NCBI GenBank assembly: GCA_026026165.1
Contig: JAPEUD010000038.1
Span: 1-64,000, forward strand
DNA: 64,000 bases
Origin: Sarea resinae
Lineage: Eukaryota
Direction: 5' to 3'
Shown here: positions 10,662-23,669 of the stretch, piece by piece
How the letters are laid out: each line of letters opens with the position of its first letter
How positions within the stretch are numbered: position 1 is the stretch's first letter
Program-made: the position numbers and the translations under genes
The notes under the pieces: model-generated
Told to the model about the DNA's origin: nothing
Databases searched by the model: none
The model's input: the letters and a program-made list of their open reading frames with translations, nothing else

Positions 10662-13518
10662 TTAGATGTCGAAGTTACCATGATTGAACACAGTGTCCTC
10701 TCCGCCGCCGGTACTGACTACTCCGCTCATTCGGTCCTCCCTCTTGGCCTGAGGGGAAGCTGCCTCCTGCCATTGATTGTCTTCAGTTTCATCTTCGTCC
10801 ATTCGCTCAAGATCGTGATGTTTGAAATGCTCGTCGATACTACTCTCGTCGACAAAAGTGAATCCCTTGAAATTTGCTTGCATGCCAGGCGACAAAGGTG
10901 TTGATGCTGTCATATTGCCCGCAGCAAGTGCGGCTGCACGAGCGTTCAATGAGGCACCGGCAGGTGCGTTGGTGAATTCAGGGTCGAAGTTGGAGGTGTC
11001 TGTTTCAGATTTAAGCTTCGGCTTGAAAGGGGGAACGATATCCTTCTTCGCCAATGCTTCCCAATCCACGTCAGCGAAAAAAGGGTGCGCTCTGAGCTCT
11101 GCAGCATCATGAGTGGCACCAAGTCGATGTTTTGGGTTTCTATTGAGCAAGCCCTTGACAAAATTCCGACCCTCGGTGCTTAACGCATCTCTTGGAAACC
11201 TGACTTTGCCGAAAGCGATGTTCTTGTACATCTGCTGCGTGTCTTCGGCGTAGAAAGGGCTCCAACCACAGCACATCTCAAATACCAGGACACCGAGTGA
11301 CCAAAAGTCCACCATCTTCGTATAACCCTGTTCATCAAGCAATACCTCAGGCGCCAAGTACTCGGTAGTTCCACAGAAAGTATTCGTTGTGTCGTTCTTC
11401 GTTAGATTTGCCTTTGACAGACCGAAATCGCAAAGTGCAATGTGACCATTTGCATCGAGAAGAATGTTCTCCGGCTTAAGATCCCGGTAAACGATATCGT
11501 ACTGGTGAAGATGTTCAAGTGCGAGAATTAGTTCCGCGATGTAGAACTTCGCACGCGCTTCTTGAAAGCGACCTTCTTTTTGCAAGTGCCAGAATAATTC
11601 ACCGCCAGACATATAGTCCGTGACCAGGTAGAGGTCGGTCGGTGTCTGGAACGAGAATTTGAGGCCCACGATGAAAGGAGAATCGGCCATCGCGGTTCTG
11701 ACGAGTATATTGCGCTCCCCTAGAGTATGCGCCACCTCTTTCTTCTGCACGATGACCTTTTTGGAAAGGACTTTCATTGCGTATATACGCTGAGTATCCT
11801 TCTTTCGGACTTGATACACCTGACCGAAAGTTCCTGAGAAGTGTCAGTACTGAGATTCCTTGACGTTGCTTTAATGATTGTACCTTTCCCGATCAATTTA
11901 AGTATTTGGAAATCCTCCGGTCCATAATGTCTCTTATCCGTCTTAGTATACTTCATACGCAAGAATATCTCGCCGGAGATATGCTCTGTTTCGTGGCCTC
12001 TCGATTGAAGCTTGAACCATCCTTCTAACAAAGTCTCCTGTTCGTTGAGATTTGGGCAGAATTTGACGTGACCAAGGAATGCTTCTTGGTTGTTGTTGTC
12101 GTAGACAGATACGTCTATCTCGGAGTGCTCGCCAATAACATCGCTATGGGAGAGTCAGCAAGGGCCCTTGTCAACGTGCTCGGAATATATGCATACAAAA
12201 CTGCTTCATGATCCCATTTTGGATCGGTCACCAATCTACCACCTTTAGAGTCCTTAGAGTCAGACAGACTGGTGTTGCTACTCTGCCGACTTTTCATGGG
12301 TATGGCAAGCGGTCGTCCTCCATCGCTATCGGATCGACGTATAGCTATACTGCCTGTAGCTTCATCATTCGGAGAACCCTCTCGACTAGTATCCATTTCA
12401 TCGTTCTTCGGACCTTTAGATATGTACTCGTTCCACTCGAAGACGCAGACCACATAAGGGTCATGGCTTGGACGTAATCCTTTTGCCTCAGATATATTGA
12501 CTGTCAGTTTTCCCTTTGGAGGTCCTACCGGAGAAGCTGTTTCCGTTGAGCCTGTCGAGGTGGACGGAATAGTAGATCGTTCGGCAGCGGCCAATTGCTG
12601 AGCGTTCGGCTGAGATGAGGCGACTTCCTGAACGGCAGAGCTCGCTGTAGTAGCAGAAGCACGCTTGTTATCCGAACTTGGATCATCTGATGAGGCTGAG
12701 GCTCTCGGAGTTCCAGGGGGAGTACTCTTCATTCGTGGCGAGGTTTGAGCGCCCTCAGTCAGCTTTTTGAGCCCATGGTATGAGGAATTCGAAGAACGCT
12801 CAGAACTAGACTGTGCAGGAGGACTTGGGCTTGGGGGAATGGTCGAAGAAGGGGGGATGGTCGAAGGACCGTTTGAGGTAGGGTTCGAAATGTGAGCAGC
12901 ATGAACGTTAAAATCCGTGATAATGCTGGAGAGGGGGGCTGCGACTGTGAGGGTATGTCTGCGCGCTCGCGAAGGCATGGCACTTATGGGCAGGTTCTTG
13001 GCTTGCGCTTCTCGCGCACCCGAACCGGACCCAGCGCCGCTCTCATCATTTGCGCCAGGTTCATCTTTCCTCGATGTGGATAAAGAGGACGATGATGAGA
13101 TTGGGGGAGTCGGATAAGCAAGAAGGTCTTCTTTCTGGGGCGCTTCCTGCTCCGGCTTTTCCAATCGCTCATGCGGAAGAAGCGGCGGATACTCATGCTC
13201 CTCGCTTGCGTTTCCGTCTGGCGAATTTGGAGCCGTGGGAAGCGCACCAACCTCCTGCATCGACTCTCGATAATGTATGGGAGTATAACTTGCAATGCCT
13301 GCATCTAGAGCTGGTGTGACAAGTGCTGCAGAAGGGTTGGTACAAGATCGAGCACGAACCTGTCCAAAGTAGCTGTGCGCGATACCAGGTAGACGCTTGT
13401 CTGCTGGGTTAGGCTGTGGAGTGACTATTCCCGACGGCGACGATCGCTCAGATCCAATCTGATCATGCACATCTTCGTCCATCCGACTGTGAGGTTCGTG
13501 GTCGTTAGTGAATGCCAT
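10662..13518 (-). CDS. sch9: AGC Ser/Thr kinase Sch9/SchA/Sck1 (C2 + kinase domain), multi-exon
   Basis: C2 region (KGKLTVNISEAKGLRPSHDPYVVCVFEWNE), LIGKGTFGQVYQVRKKDT, YRDLKPEN, DFGLSKA, NTFCGTTEYLAPE and hydrophobic motif FKGFTFVD. Confidence 0.95.
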
Positions 13519-14561
13519 AATGTGAGAAGGGTCTAGACTGTGGGCTGCTCGAGGGGGGGCAATTCCACTAGCGAGCTGAGTGTCCCGAGACGAGCTGGGG
13601 TAATCAGGAAGAGCGAGGGGAATGGTTTTGAGACGTTGCGTGTGGGAGGATCAGCGAGGCCGGATCCATCGATTTGAAGGGAAAAGATATAATGGGACGT
13701 GACTGGATAACAAGAGAAAGGAGGAAGAGAAGGGTAGGACGTGAAGGAGGAGGGTTGGAGCGAGTGGAGGCTTGTGCAGAGCCTAATGAGTAGTAGTGAC
13801 GATTCGGCTTTTCCCATCGAGAACCGACACTCGGAATAGACGAAAATCCCAAACCCGGTGTCAACTGGCACCTAAGTAGCAGGGTCGAAAGAGGCCAAAA
13901 ATGGGTTGGATTACTGTAGCAATAAATGCCAAACCCGGAGGTGAATTGCACCAACGATGCATTGCGCATCTGGGCTTGTACACCTTGGGACACAGGAGGG
14001 AAGACGACCGATGGAAGACGAAGAATAAAACATCGCATGCTCACCTTCGTAGCAAAGTCTGTCTCAGCAGCTCCGGACTCGCAGGCGGACCGACTCCGGC
14101 ATGGGTCGCCATTGTTGGACGGGAGACTCCAAAGCGATGTACCGCGCCGCGTCTGACAAGCCAAAGCAGAGCGTATTCACCCAGCAGTACAGGGTCTTGA
14201 AACGCAACGACGGCGTGAAGTGGACGATATGATGATTATTGTTTGGCGTGATTGTTATGTCTGATAAACTCTCTAGTCACAGGCGAGACGGGTCGCGAAG
14301 TCGTCTTGTGGGGTGCTTCGCCTGAGTGGGGAGAAGCTGTGCACTTGGCCACACGAGGTAGGACGTCAAACGGGAAAGAATTCGAGTAAGAAGTGACTTT
14401 GAAGACTGAAGATGTAGGGTATAAGGTATTCCTATGATCAGATGATGGTTTACGACTCCATGTATTGGTGTACTGCCTGAAAGAAGGTGTTGACCGATGA
14501 TACTATGATGCTGTGGTGGTTGCTGAAGCCCAAATGTGACAATATTGGGATCAGGTCGATA

Positions 14562-14678
14562 AGGTAGGTAGGTAGGTGATGATGGTCAAAACGATGGTGC
14601 TGATGGTGATGATGGTGATGATGGTGGTGATGATGGTGACGATGATGATGATGATGATGGAGATGATGGAGATGATTG
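14562..14678. repeat. (AGGT)n followed by an imperfect (GAT/GGT)n microsatellite
   Basis: aggtaggtaggtaggt ... gatggtgatgatggtgatgatggtggtgatgatggtgacgatgatgatgatgatgatgg. Confidence 0.85.
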
Positions 14679-16782
14679 ATACCTTACCTTAGAGTACCTT
14701 TCCTGAACTGAAAACATGTGCAGCTGGCTAGGTAGCATTTGGTATCCAGGATCCGTGATCAGCACGAGCAAGGGCAGGGAGCAGCACAGAGGAGGGGGTC
14801 TTTTCCGAGGAAGCCCGCGATATCCCGCAGGGAAAGATGGGCCCCGTCTAGATATCTCAATGATGTCGACGATACCACTACCTTACTGACGAGTACGACG
14901 AGAACAGGTACGAAGAATACCACCGACTTTACATCCATACCTACCTTACCTTACAGCTTTCGGCTCGACGAAAATTCATGCCGTCCCCCTCAGTCCAGAG
15001 AACTTCCAAGACTTGTACTCATACTCGAGTAGTAGCTGAGGTTTTCTGCGCCATGATCCGAGAGGGGCATTCGGGACACATCGTAGCTACTACACGTACT
15101 TCGTACTCCGTACTCTCAGGTACCTCGCTCTAGAACAGCCATCTATAATCACTCATTATGCCAGCTGTTTACCTACCCGACCTCACCAATACCTACCGTA
15201 TCTAGCTTACATCACTGTGCAGGTCCGAATAGGTACATCAGGTAAGGTACTTGCCCGTAGGAGTACGAATACGGAGTACTCTGTCAGCAATCATTGCATT
15301 GGCACTGCATCAAGGCTGGCTACCTCTTGCTCGTTCATGTGGAGGTACCTCCTCCCTCTTCAAATAAGCATTCGTGCGGCAGTTCAATGCTCAATCCCCA
15401 TTACTCGCGACACAAACAACTACCACAGAGATCCGAGAGCCGTCGGTCGCGTGGAGCAAAACGTGCAAAAGGAACGCACTGATCCCTGAGGTATCAGAAT
15501 CCCATTGTCGCCTTCTACAAATTGTGCGAAGTGCTTCCTGAGGGACGGGGGGTGGGGATATGGAAAGTTGGAAGAGGTGAGATTCCGATGCTGCCTTGCC
15601 GTCAGAGCATACACCGCATCTTGCATTTGACCCATGATCCAAGCGCGCGCACGCAAACTGTTGAGAATGTGCAGACGCGACAGGTAAGCTTGGGCTGAGA
15701 TTGCTTCCAGCTCTCGACTGGGCGCTTTAATTAACCTGACAGCTCATCAGACATGCCCAATGCTATTATGATTGTTAGCACAGCTTCGCTCACAGACAAC
15801 CCTATCGTAGGTCCACTGGACCCACCGCGCTTGTAAAGTACTTCAGTAGAGCCAGCTCAAGCACCTGGAGGACGGAGGATTGAGAGAAAGCTGCGTGGAA
15901 CGAATGAGTACTCCAGAGTACGAAGTACTTCATGTGAAGTGTCGGAACCTGGAAAGAATCACTGTGGGCGGACGATGTGGACGAATTGGTCACTGGTTCA
16001 ATGTACTGTAGGTACGCAGTACTTTCAGGCTAGTAACCAGGCTTCGATATCGAAGTTCTTCGCAGGTCACCACGCTACCCAAGAGGATGTACAGTGTCCA
16101 CCAGATCTGCACCTTCTCCCCCCAAAAACATGCGAGAAGCTTGAGATCTGTTGTTACATCCAACCTACTCGAGTACTATGAGCTCAGAAGGAGATAAGAA
16201 TAATAATTGAATGAGTATTCTCAATCCATACAGTAGGTACGAATCTGTCAGTAGAAGTTCCAACGAAATTTCATTAGCAGAAATCATTTCGAGAAATCAT
16301 CTCGATGTAGGCTTAGGTACCTTCTCGTGGGCCTGCGAGCTGGCTGACCTGCTGAATAATATAGTATCCTAAGGCACTGTACCGCGCGTCGTTTTGCTGG
16401 ACCTACCTGAGAGTACTTAGGTCAGCCAGCTTGTAGGCCCAGGAGATACATGTAGCCGAGGTACACCCGTATTGATGAACCTAAAATACGTAGCTGCGAG
16501 GTTACCCAGGTTCAGCCGCGTTCCAGTCAGAGAGGGTCACCCGGAAGAAGGTTATCCCGTTCTCGTACGCAGTACAACCTGAAAGTACTTACTTCCAGTG
16601 CTCTAGCTGCTTGGGCCAACGAGCAACCCGACCTCTTCTCTTGACAGGCCGATTCGCGTCGCGACTCTGAGACAAAGCAAACCAGTCCCATCTCTGTCCT
16701 CAAAGCATTATGCCGCAAATCTAAATCGCTTGCCTATTTAGCTTTATGGTCGCGCAAGAGTGAATATATTATCATCGGCAGC

Positions 16783-18507
16783 ATGGCTCGCAGACAGCGA
16801 GCGGCGGCTCAGGCTGCTGCGGCTTCTCTCAGTGAATCCCCCATTTCTCTCGTCTTGTGGCTATTTTACCTTATCTGAATTTGGTCTAACAACTGCTGAG
16901 CAGGAACACCTACACCCCATGTTCCTGATCCCTCGGATGATGACATGGCCGATGTGCCCCCTTCCCCAACATCAACACCCCGCGAACAAGAAGAGGTCGG
17001 CACGCCAGCGCAGAACTCTGAAGCTCCGTCAGAACCTTCCACACCCGCTCCAGCGCAGTACCCCGTCTTACGTAGGCGCCGTCTTGGACGACCTCCTAAG
17101 AACAAACCTCCGGACTGGGATCTGGAAGACCCCATCAACGACGGCGGATCGGACGTTGGAACCCCCCAGAAACGTCGACGAGGGCGTCCACCAGCAAGTG
17201 GGGGTAGGTGGAAGCCCAAAGGGGGCCCTTCGCACGTCACACAGGTACCAATAGACAAAGAGGGGAACATGATGGATGTCATCGACGACGAAGTGGCTCT
17301 CCCAGAAGACCCCGAAGGCGAGGAGAAGGTTGACAAGCTAGGCCATTTCAAAGGTGGGAGAGAGTATCGCGTCCGAACTTTCACCATTCTCGGAAGAGGT
17401 GATAGGTTGTACATGTTGTCTACTGAGCCAGCTCGATGCATAGGATTCAGAGACAGCTACTTGTTCTTTCAGAAACACAAACAGCTCTACAAGATAATCA
17501 TCGACGAGCAAGCGAAGCGCGATCTCATCGATAGAGAGATCATCCCGCACTCATATAAAGGGCGTGCCATTGGTGTAGTCACTGCGAGATCTGTCTTCAG
17601 GGAATTCGGCGCACGGATCGTTATTGGGGGGAGAAAGGTCATTGACGACTATCAAGTACAAGCTGCAAGGGCCAGTGGGGAAATCGAGGGCGAGCTAGCT
17701 GATCCAAATGACAAGCTCCCTGGTGTCGGCGAGACTTATGATAGGAACCGATATGTGGCTTGGCATGGCGCTAGCAGTGTATATCATTCAGGAGCGCCGA
17801 GCGTCCCGTTGACAAACGGCAAGATATCTGATGGAAAGAAGAGGAAGGTTGTTGTAACTGGAGTAAACTGGATGTTCGAGCATGCTAGAGAAGCTAGGTG
17901 TGTAGCACAAGGACAGATCTATGCTGCACCAAATACTAATGCTGATCCTTTCACTAGTCGATTCAACTCTGCACTGGTAGCGGCGAGGCGGCAAAATCTA
18001 GATGGGCTCTACGATCCTCATACGAACATTATGCAATTTCCTGCTATCATGCAACCAACGCATGTTCGTTGGGAGCAGATACCGCCTCTTACGGCAACAC
18101 ACCCTGCTGCGGCCATCAATGATGCCGGTGCGGAGTATGGTGTGGCAGTGGACGATGGGATGGCCCTGACGAATGGCACGCGCGCACAATACGCATTTTC
18201 AGATAGTCAGCAACAAGCGGAGACCATATTCGCACCAGTGGCTCCAATCTACACGCGTAGTTTGATGATTGCGGATACTTACTTCAAAACACCTCCGCTC
18301 TCAGGACTTGGCATACCCGGTCCCGACAGGGACGAGTATGATCTCGGCTTTAAAGGACTTTCAGACGTGAGTGATGAGATCGCGAATGAGCTGCCAGCGG
18401 AGTGTAAGAAAGGTTTCCAAAGAGCCAGAAATGAGGAGTTGAAGTGGAAGGAAAGCTGGAGAACAGAGGAGGAGGCTGGGGCGAGAGGAAAAATCAGGGC
18501 TCTGTAG
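16783..18507 (+). CDS. rsc7: RSC/SWI-SNF chromatin remodelling subunit Rsc7/Npl6/Swp82
   Basis: Short exon 1 (MARRQRAAAQAAAASL), AT-hook-like GRPP motifs, and CRC domain GEEKVDKLGHFKGGREYRVRTF...LSTEPARCIGFRDSYLFF...VTARSVFREFGARIV. Probable in-frame intron ~17898-17957. Confidence 0.88.
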
Positions 18508-19124
18508 ACGGCTGCTCTGCTCCTTCTTGGCATTCTCGTTCCGGTGGGGACTTCAGTGGTTCCTTCGAATGGTCACAGGCGTTCACGCGCATCTTCCGGT
18601 TTCGGTGTTCTAGATGGATGAGAGCTGGAATGAATCTCCAGTTTGTATTTGTAGCAATCGATAATTCAAAGGAATATCTTCAATCTCAAGTCTCGCGCGC
18701 GCGAGCGCCAACATTCCAGCTCCTCCCTATCACGCACAGTAAACAATGGCCTGGCTTAAGTGAAAGGCTAAGCCATCACCCGAAATCCGAAGCGTCCTTG
18801 AAGCTTCAATGTGTTCTACGGGCAAGAAGCCCGCAAGGCATCTCCCTTCTTCTTCCCTTGAGCCACTTTTCAAGCCTTGCACCTGCTTGTCAGTTTGTGT
18901 ACATTCTCTGATAGTTGGTTGACTAGTGCCTTAACATGAGGTAGATACCTACCTTACATTGAAACACCTTGTTTCTTCAAAGTTCACTCCGAAGTTTAAA
19001 ACACATGATTTCCGTAAGTAAGCTCCAGATGATGAATTCCTCTCCATCCATACTCCCTTTTTCCAGATCTTTGTCTCGGACAATTACGCTTTACAAGTTC
19101 CGGCATTTCTAGGGTCCACTTCGG

Positions 19125-20042
19125 ATGGTCATGTCTTCTACCCCTGCTAGCTCTTTACTGGCAACGGTCTCAACATCCACCTTTCCACCTCTTTATATCC
19201 ACAACCCTTCTCCAGATCACGCTCACACTCACACCATTCTTCTCCTCCATGGCCGCGACAGCACTGGCCCTGAATTTTGCTCCCAACTTCTCGCGTCCAA
19301 GACCTCCTCTGGCCTCAGCGTCCCAGAGGCGCTGCCACACTGGCGACTTGTCTTCCCGACATCGAAGGAGAGGTGGAGCACAACCTTCGAGGAATTGGAG
19401 GATGTATGGTTCGATATTGCCAGTCTGACTGATGTGAAGAGAAAGAGTGAATTGCAGGTGGAAGGGCTGAGGGAGTCGGCGCGGTATCTCTCCGACGTAC
19501 TACGTGACGAGATCGAGAGGGTTGAGTCGAGCAAGAGGATGATTATCGGCGGGATCAGTATGGGTATGGCTACGGGACTTTGGCTTCTCTTCTACTGGGG
19601 AAGGGTTATGGGTGCGCAGGGAGGTGATAGATTAGGCGGATTTGTTGGCTTCAGTGGATGGCTACCATTTTGGAGTAAGATCATGACGATGCTTGACGAA
19701 GGACATTACAGCCCTCGTGAGGCGACAGCAGAGGTTTCGAGATTTATATCAAGTACTATTGGGTCTGGTAAATCTGCGCCTTCCAATACCACTCACAAAG
19801 CTATGCCCGAGGATGGTTTGTTATTATCCTTTCCACCGCTGTTTTTAGGTCATGGCAGAGATGATATATGGGTGGACGTTTCACTGGGTCAAACGGTTGA
19901 GGATTTGTTCAGGGAGAAGTTTGGGATGGAAGTGCATGCGAAGAAGTACGAAGGAGCAGAGTCGGAAGGTCATTGGCTGAAGGAGCCAGAAGAGTTAGAT
20001 GACACGGTTGAGTTTTTGAGAGGGATAGAGGAGAAGTCTTGA
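19125..20042 (+). CDS. Phospholipase/carboxylesterase (alpha/beta hydrolase), intronless
   Basis: HTHTILLLHGRDS, WFDI, nucleophile GGISMG, FSGWLP, GHGRDD and EGHW triad motifs. Confidence 0.88.
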   Translation: MVMSSTPASSLLATVSTSTFPPLYIHNPSPDHAHTHTILLLHGRDSTGPEFCSQLLASKTSSGLSVPEALPHWRLVFPTSKERWSTTFEELEDVWFDIASLTDVKRKSELQVEGLRESARYLSDVLRDEIERVESSKRMIIGGISMGMATGLWLLFYWGRVMGAQGGDRLGGFVGFSGWLPFWSKIMTMLDEGHYSPREATAEVSRFISSTIGSGKSAPSNTTHKAMPEDGLLLSFPPLFLGHGRDDIWVDVSLGQTVEDLFREKFGMEVHAKKYEGAESEGHWLKEPEELDDTVEFLRGIEEKS

Positions 20043-20109
20043 CTTCTTCAGCTATTTTGATGGCAATATCGAGCCTGAACTTCGTTTGAAGACCAAGATA
20101 GGAGCAATC

Positions 20110-21165
20110 CTTTCAACCCACCAACTGCTCATAAGCCTGTCAATCGGATATTCGCCAGGCCAGACACCGATGGAAGGTTGTAGGAAAACCCACCAATCCG
20201 CGAGTCTTTTTTCGCGCGGAGAGATAGTATTTTGAGGGCCTTTGCGTACTCCTAATACTCAGGATACTAACCACACAATTTTCCGTCTAAAGTACGAGTG
20301 AGTCTGACTTAAGCATCGACGGCGTAAGGGTGGTGGGTTTTGATTGACACCGACATGCTCTTAGCCACCATGATATTCTGGAGATGTAAACCGGCATGTG
20401 TCATTACTATCTTGCGGTATTCGCGGATATATGAACGTATCATTTATATCCATTTGTCTTCAATTCGTCCAGCCCTGAGGTAAGAAAGCTGCTGAATGCA
20501 GCCTCATCTGTGATTGCTTTATCGGACGTGTGGACTTCCCTTCGAATATCCTTACACCTGCGACGGTTACCGGAACCTAAGACTGCATTGTGGTCCTCAC
20601 TTGGAGGTTCGCGAACTGATCTCATCTGGCGAAAATACAGATATAAAGCCAGCTGTCGCTGTATAGATATTTCCGAGCTTCGCTCAATGTGGGTTAGATG
20701 TGTCTGAGTGTCTCTCTCTTCAGCAGACATGAAAACAACTTGCCGACCCTAAGACTCGATGTTTCCATGGATCCATGGTTGGCGTTGGAACATTTGGAGT
20801 ATGGTTGTTGACGTGTTGTAGCATTACAGTATAGTCAAAGTCAATGCCATGGCCTGTTTTGATAACAAGTAGTGGACTAAGACCTAGCACCAAAAGCGGA
20901 CCCAGCTTGTGAATAATCTCGCCTTTGCACATAGCCTTGTTGCTATCTTCTGAGAATTTCGATACATCAAGGTATGGCTCGTAGGTGATATATGTCAGCC
21001 TTGTAAGCTCGGTGTATGTTCTTCAGCGTAGTCACTTTGCGATTGCCGATCCAGGGCCGCTTGAAGATCCGCCGCCAGATTTCCTGACAGTACCGGGCTG
21101 AGATTCCGCATTACAATCGCGTCTATCTCCAAGCAAGCTTATCGCTCAGCTTCTTCTAAGCTCAT
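20110..21165 (-). pseudogene. Decayed aminoglycoside-phosphotransferase/kinase-like (APH family) gene
   Basis: Fragments in order across frames: LSPLLVIKTGHGIDFDYTVMLQHVNNHTPNVPTP; SIQRQL..RQMRSV..VLGSGNRRRCKDIRR..ITDEAAFSSFL; IVMTHAGLHLQNIMV (HxDLHxxN loop); LDGKLCG*YPEY*EYAKAL; DWWVFL..IGVWP. Several stops and frameshifts. Confidence 0.75.
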
Positions 21166-23643
21166 GTTGGATAAATTTGAATTGACGATTATGAAAGATG
21201 AGATATCCTGTTTTAGGTGAAGCACACAAACGAATTTGGCATCAGGTCGTGAATGTTGCAACATCAGTCTGACTTGTTCTTTCCCTAATGCAAATGGATG
21301 AAACAATATATTGAACCTAACTGCTTTTACTGCGGCTCATATCAAGTTTGCACATGCACTTATATTGATTATATTCTATCAAAGTATCAAACAGTAGACG
21401 GGAGATATTCCACGAGGAAGACCTTGGCGCCACAGCTGAATAGCCTTCTAGGGGTGTTATGGCGTGGTTAGAGTAGCCACATGTTAATAGAATGAAAGGA
21501 AAAACAGAAAAGGAAAATATGGAATATGGCTTGTATTAAACGTTGATATAGAAATTAGGAGGTTATAGACTAGGTTAGGGTAACATTGCAATATAACAGT
21601 ATGAGGGTGGAAAATGATAATGTGCGGGCCTGGAGCGGAAATCATCGAGGGAGCTTTTTGCAGCCGCTTTTCGACACTCAAGGAGGCTTAAATCCAAGGC
21701 GGCGACACGTATAGGGGAGTTGCAGTATTTGCCGCATCAAAAGGCACCCATGTACTGCCCGTAACACCAGCATCTCATTCGCCCAAGGCCAAGGAGTCCT
21801 ATCCTCTTTTCTCCCCTCTAGGTTTGTAAGCGGCTCCCCGTTCGTGCCCTCTTTGCAGCTTTGTAGCCTTGAGGCCACGCTACTACACTATCATCAACTT
21901 CACGCCAAAGCTTTACAACCAACCTGAGGTACCTAATTCGATACCTACCCTACCTCCGCTACCTTTAGAAACCTTCCAGGTTCTTACCCAGTTCTTAGGT
22001 ACTAATAGGGTTTGACCATCAGGAAGTGAAGGGGAGGCGTTTTGTTTCCTCCTGTCTGCCTGCGGCTGAGTCATGTTTGGACGAATGACCTGAGCAACTT
22101 CAGCCGGAATCAAGTCCTCTTACCTGGGCATTGACAAGAAGCGGTTTGAAGGGCGGCGAACTGGATTCTTCCAGGTAGGTGATCAGACTGTCAGATGCTT
22201 CCGGTTGGAAACCTCCCACTGTCAGCTGTGGTGCGGGGAATCCTCCGGAGTAGAATCACACGGGGCTCTGGATGCACGAGCAGGTTGCTTTAGCATCCAT
22301 GCGGTGCAGTTGCTTCTGGATACATGAGGTACGAGGTACCTTAGTATCTTACCTGACCGAGAAGTGGAGGTGACGATGGACGTTGATCAAGGCCCGAAGT
22401 CCGACACATTATCATTACTACGGTATTCAGGGGGATGGGGACCTACCCGAAAGAGGCGATACCTTCCATCCATGGATATGTAGGTGCCTAGGTAGCAGGT
22501 AGTGCGCTCCATTTTCTGTGACTCGCTCCCCTGCCACTACATAGTACATGATCCGGCCCCTATCCGTTTGGATACGCCTCAGTACCTGGTAGTATTGTAG
22601 AGAGAGTATTCCCGTCGTATTGGATTGGAAGGTTAGGTAGGTACATAGGTAATCAGTCTACTGCGTCCTTTCGAACGGAAGCACCAAATACCAAGCAAGC
22701 ACCAAGCACAAAACACCAAGCATGACCTGAGTCACAGAGAGCACTGATTCGCTCTTCAGTACCATGTGAATGTTCGTCTCTCGCATTCTCGACCTCCTTT
22801 CCCTCCCGCATCCACGATCCGCATCGGCCAATACCCTGTGCCCCGTAGCAGATTTCGGGTCACGCAGACGGGCGGAGCACTTTGCATTCTGGGTGGACGT
22901 CCATGTCAAGCGGGAGAGTGGAGTATGGGCTTGCAGGGCCGAGGGCCGTACTCCGAAGAAAGTACGAAGTACTCTGCTCTACTCCGGAGTACTCGAGATG
23001 CAGTCACGAGCAGGAGGGAACGAGAGAAGCCGAATGGATGAGGGATGGATGGATTCAGATGGCCCGAGTCAAGCAATAGTCACCAGCAAGGAGTACTACG
23101 GAGTAGTAGTGTGTGTGCGCATGTAGAGTATGTGAGAGCGTGTCTGTGTGAACACCTAAGGTATCTACCTCCAGGACCGAGTCGCCTCGCAGCAGTACTG
23201 CATACTACTACGAACCGTACATACTCCGTATACCTACTACTCCGTAGTAGGTACCTAGTATCGTACGTATGAAGTACTCCACGATCGGCTAATCCTCCCC
23301 AACCTGACTCTGGTGGTTGTCGTGGCCAACAGAGATTTTACTGCTGCCGCGAGATGACTTAGGTAGGTTTTGGACTTTGTGGTTTTTTTTTTTTTTCACG
23401 GCTAGGTCACTTGAAGACAAGGCTGGGAGTATCAAGGATCCCGTCAAACCATCATCATCGTATCATCGGATCATGTACTACGTAGTAAGTCCAATCGTTA
23501 CTCTTCTCTTTGCCTATCCGCAAGAATGATCAATATGCTTACAGGAGTCGTAGCATCAAGTCATCGGAGACCTACTCCGGAGTATTGGAAAGAGAAGTGG
23601 AAATCTCGAACTGCTTAGCTACCTTACCTGGGGCACCCTTGGA

Positions 23644-23669
23644 GGTAGGTAGGTAGGTAGGTAGGTAGG
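23644..23669. repeat. (GGTA)n tetranucleotide microsatellite
   Basis: ggtaggtaggtaggtaggtaggtagg. Confidence 0.9.

Noticed and set aside
12600..13360. Possible large in-frame alternative intron in sch9 starting at CAG|GTTCGT
   Set aside because: The frame stays open and I found no convincing branch site and acceptor pair; it cannot be supported without RNA data.
13533..14200. ORFs and upstream ATGs in the sch9 leader
   Set aside because: TSS and any leader introns are unknown, and the peptides are low-complexity with no recognisable features.
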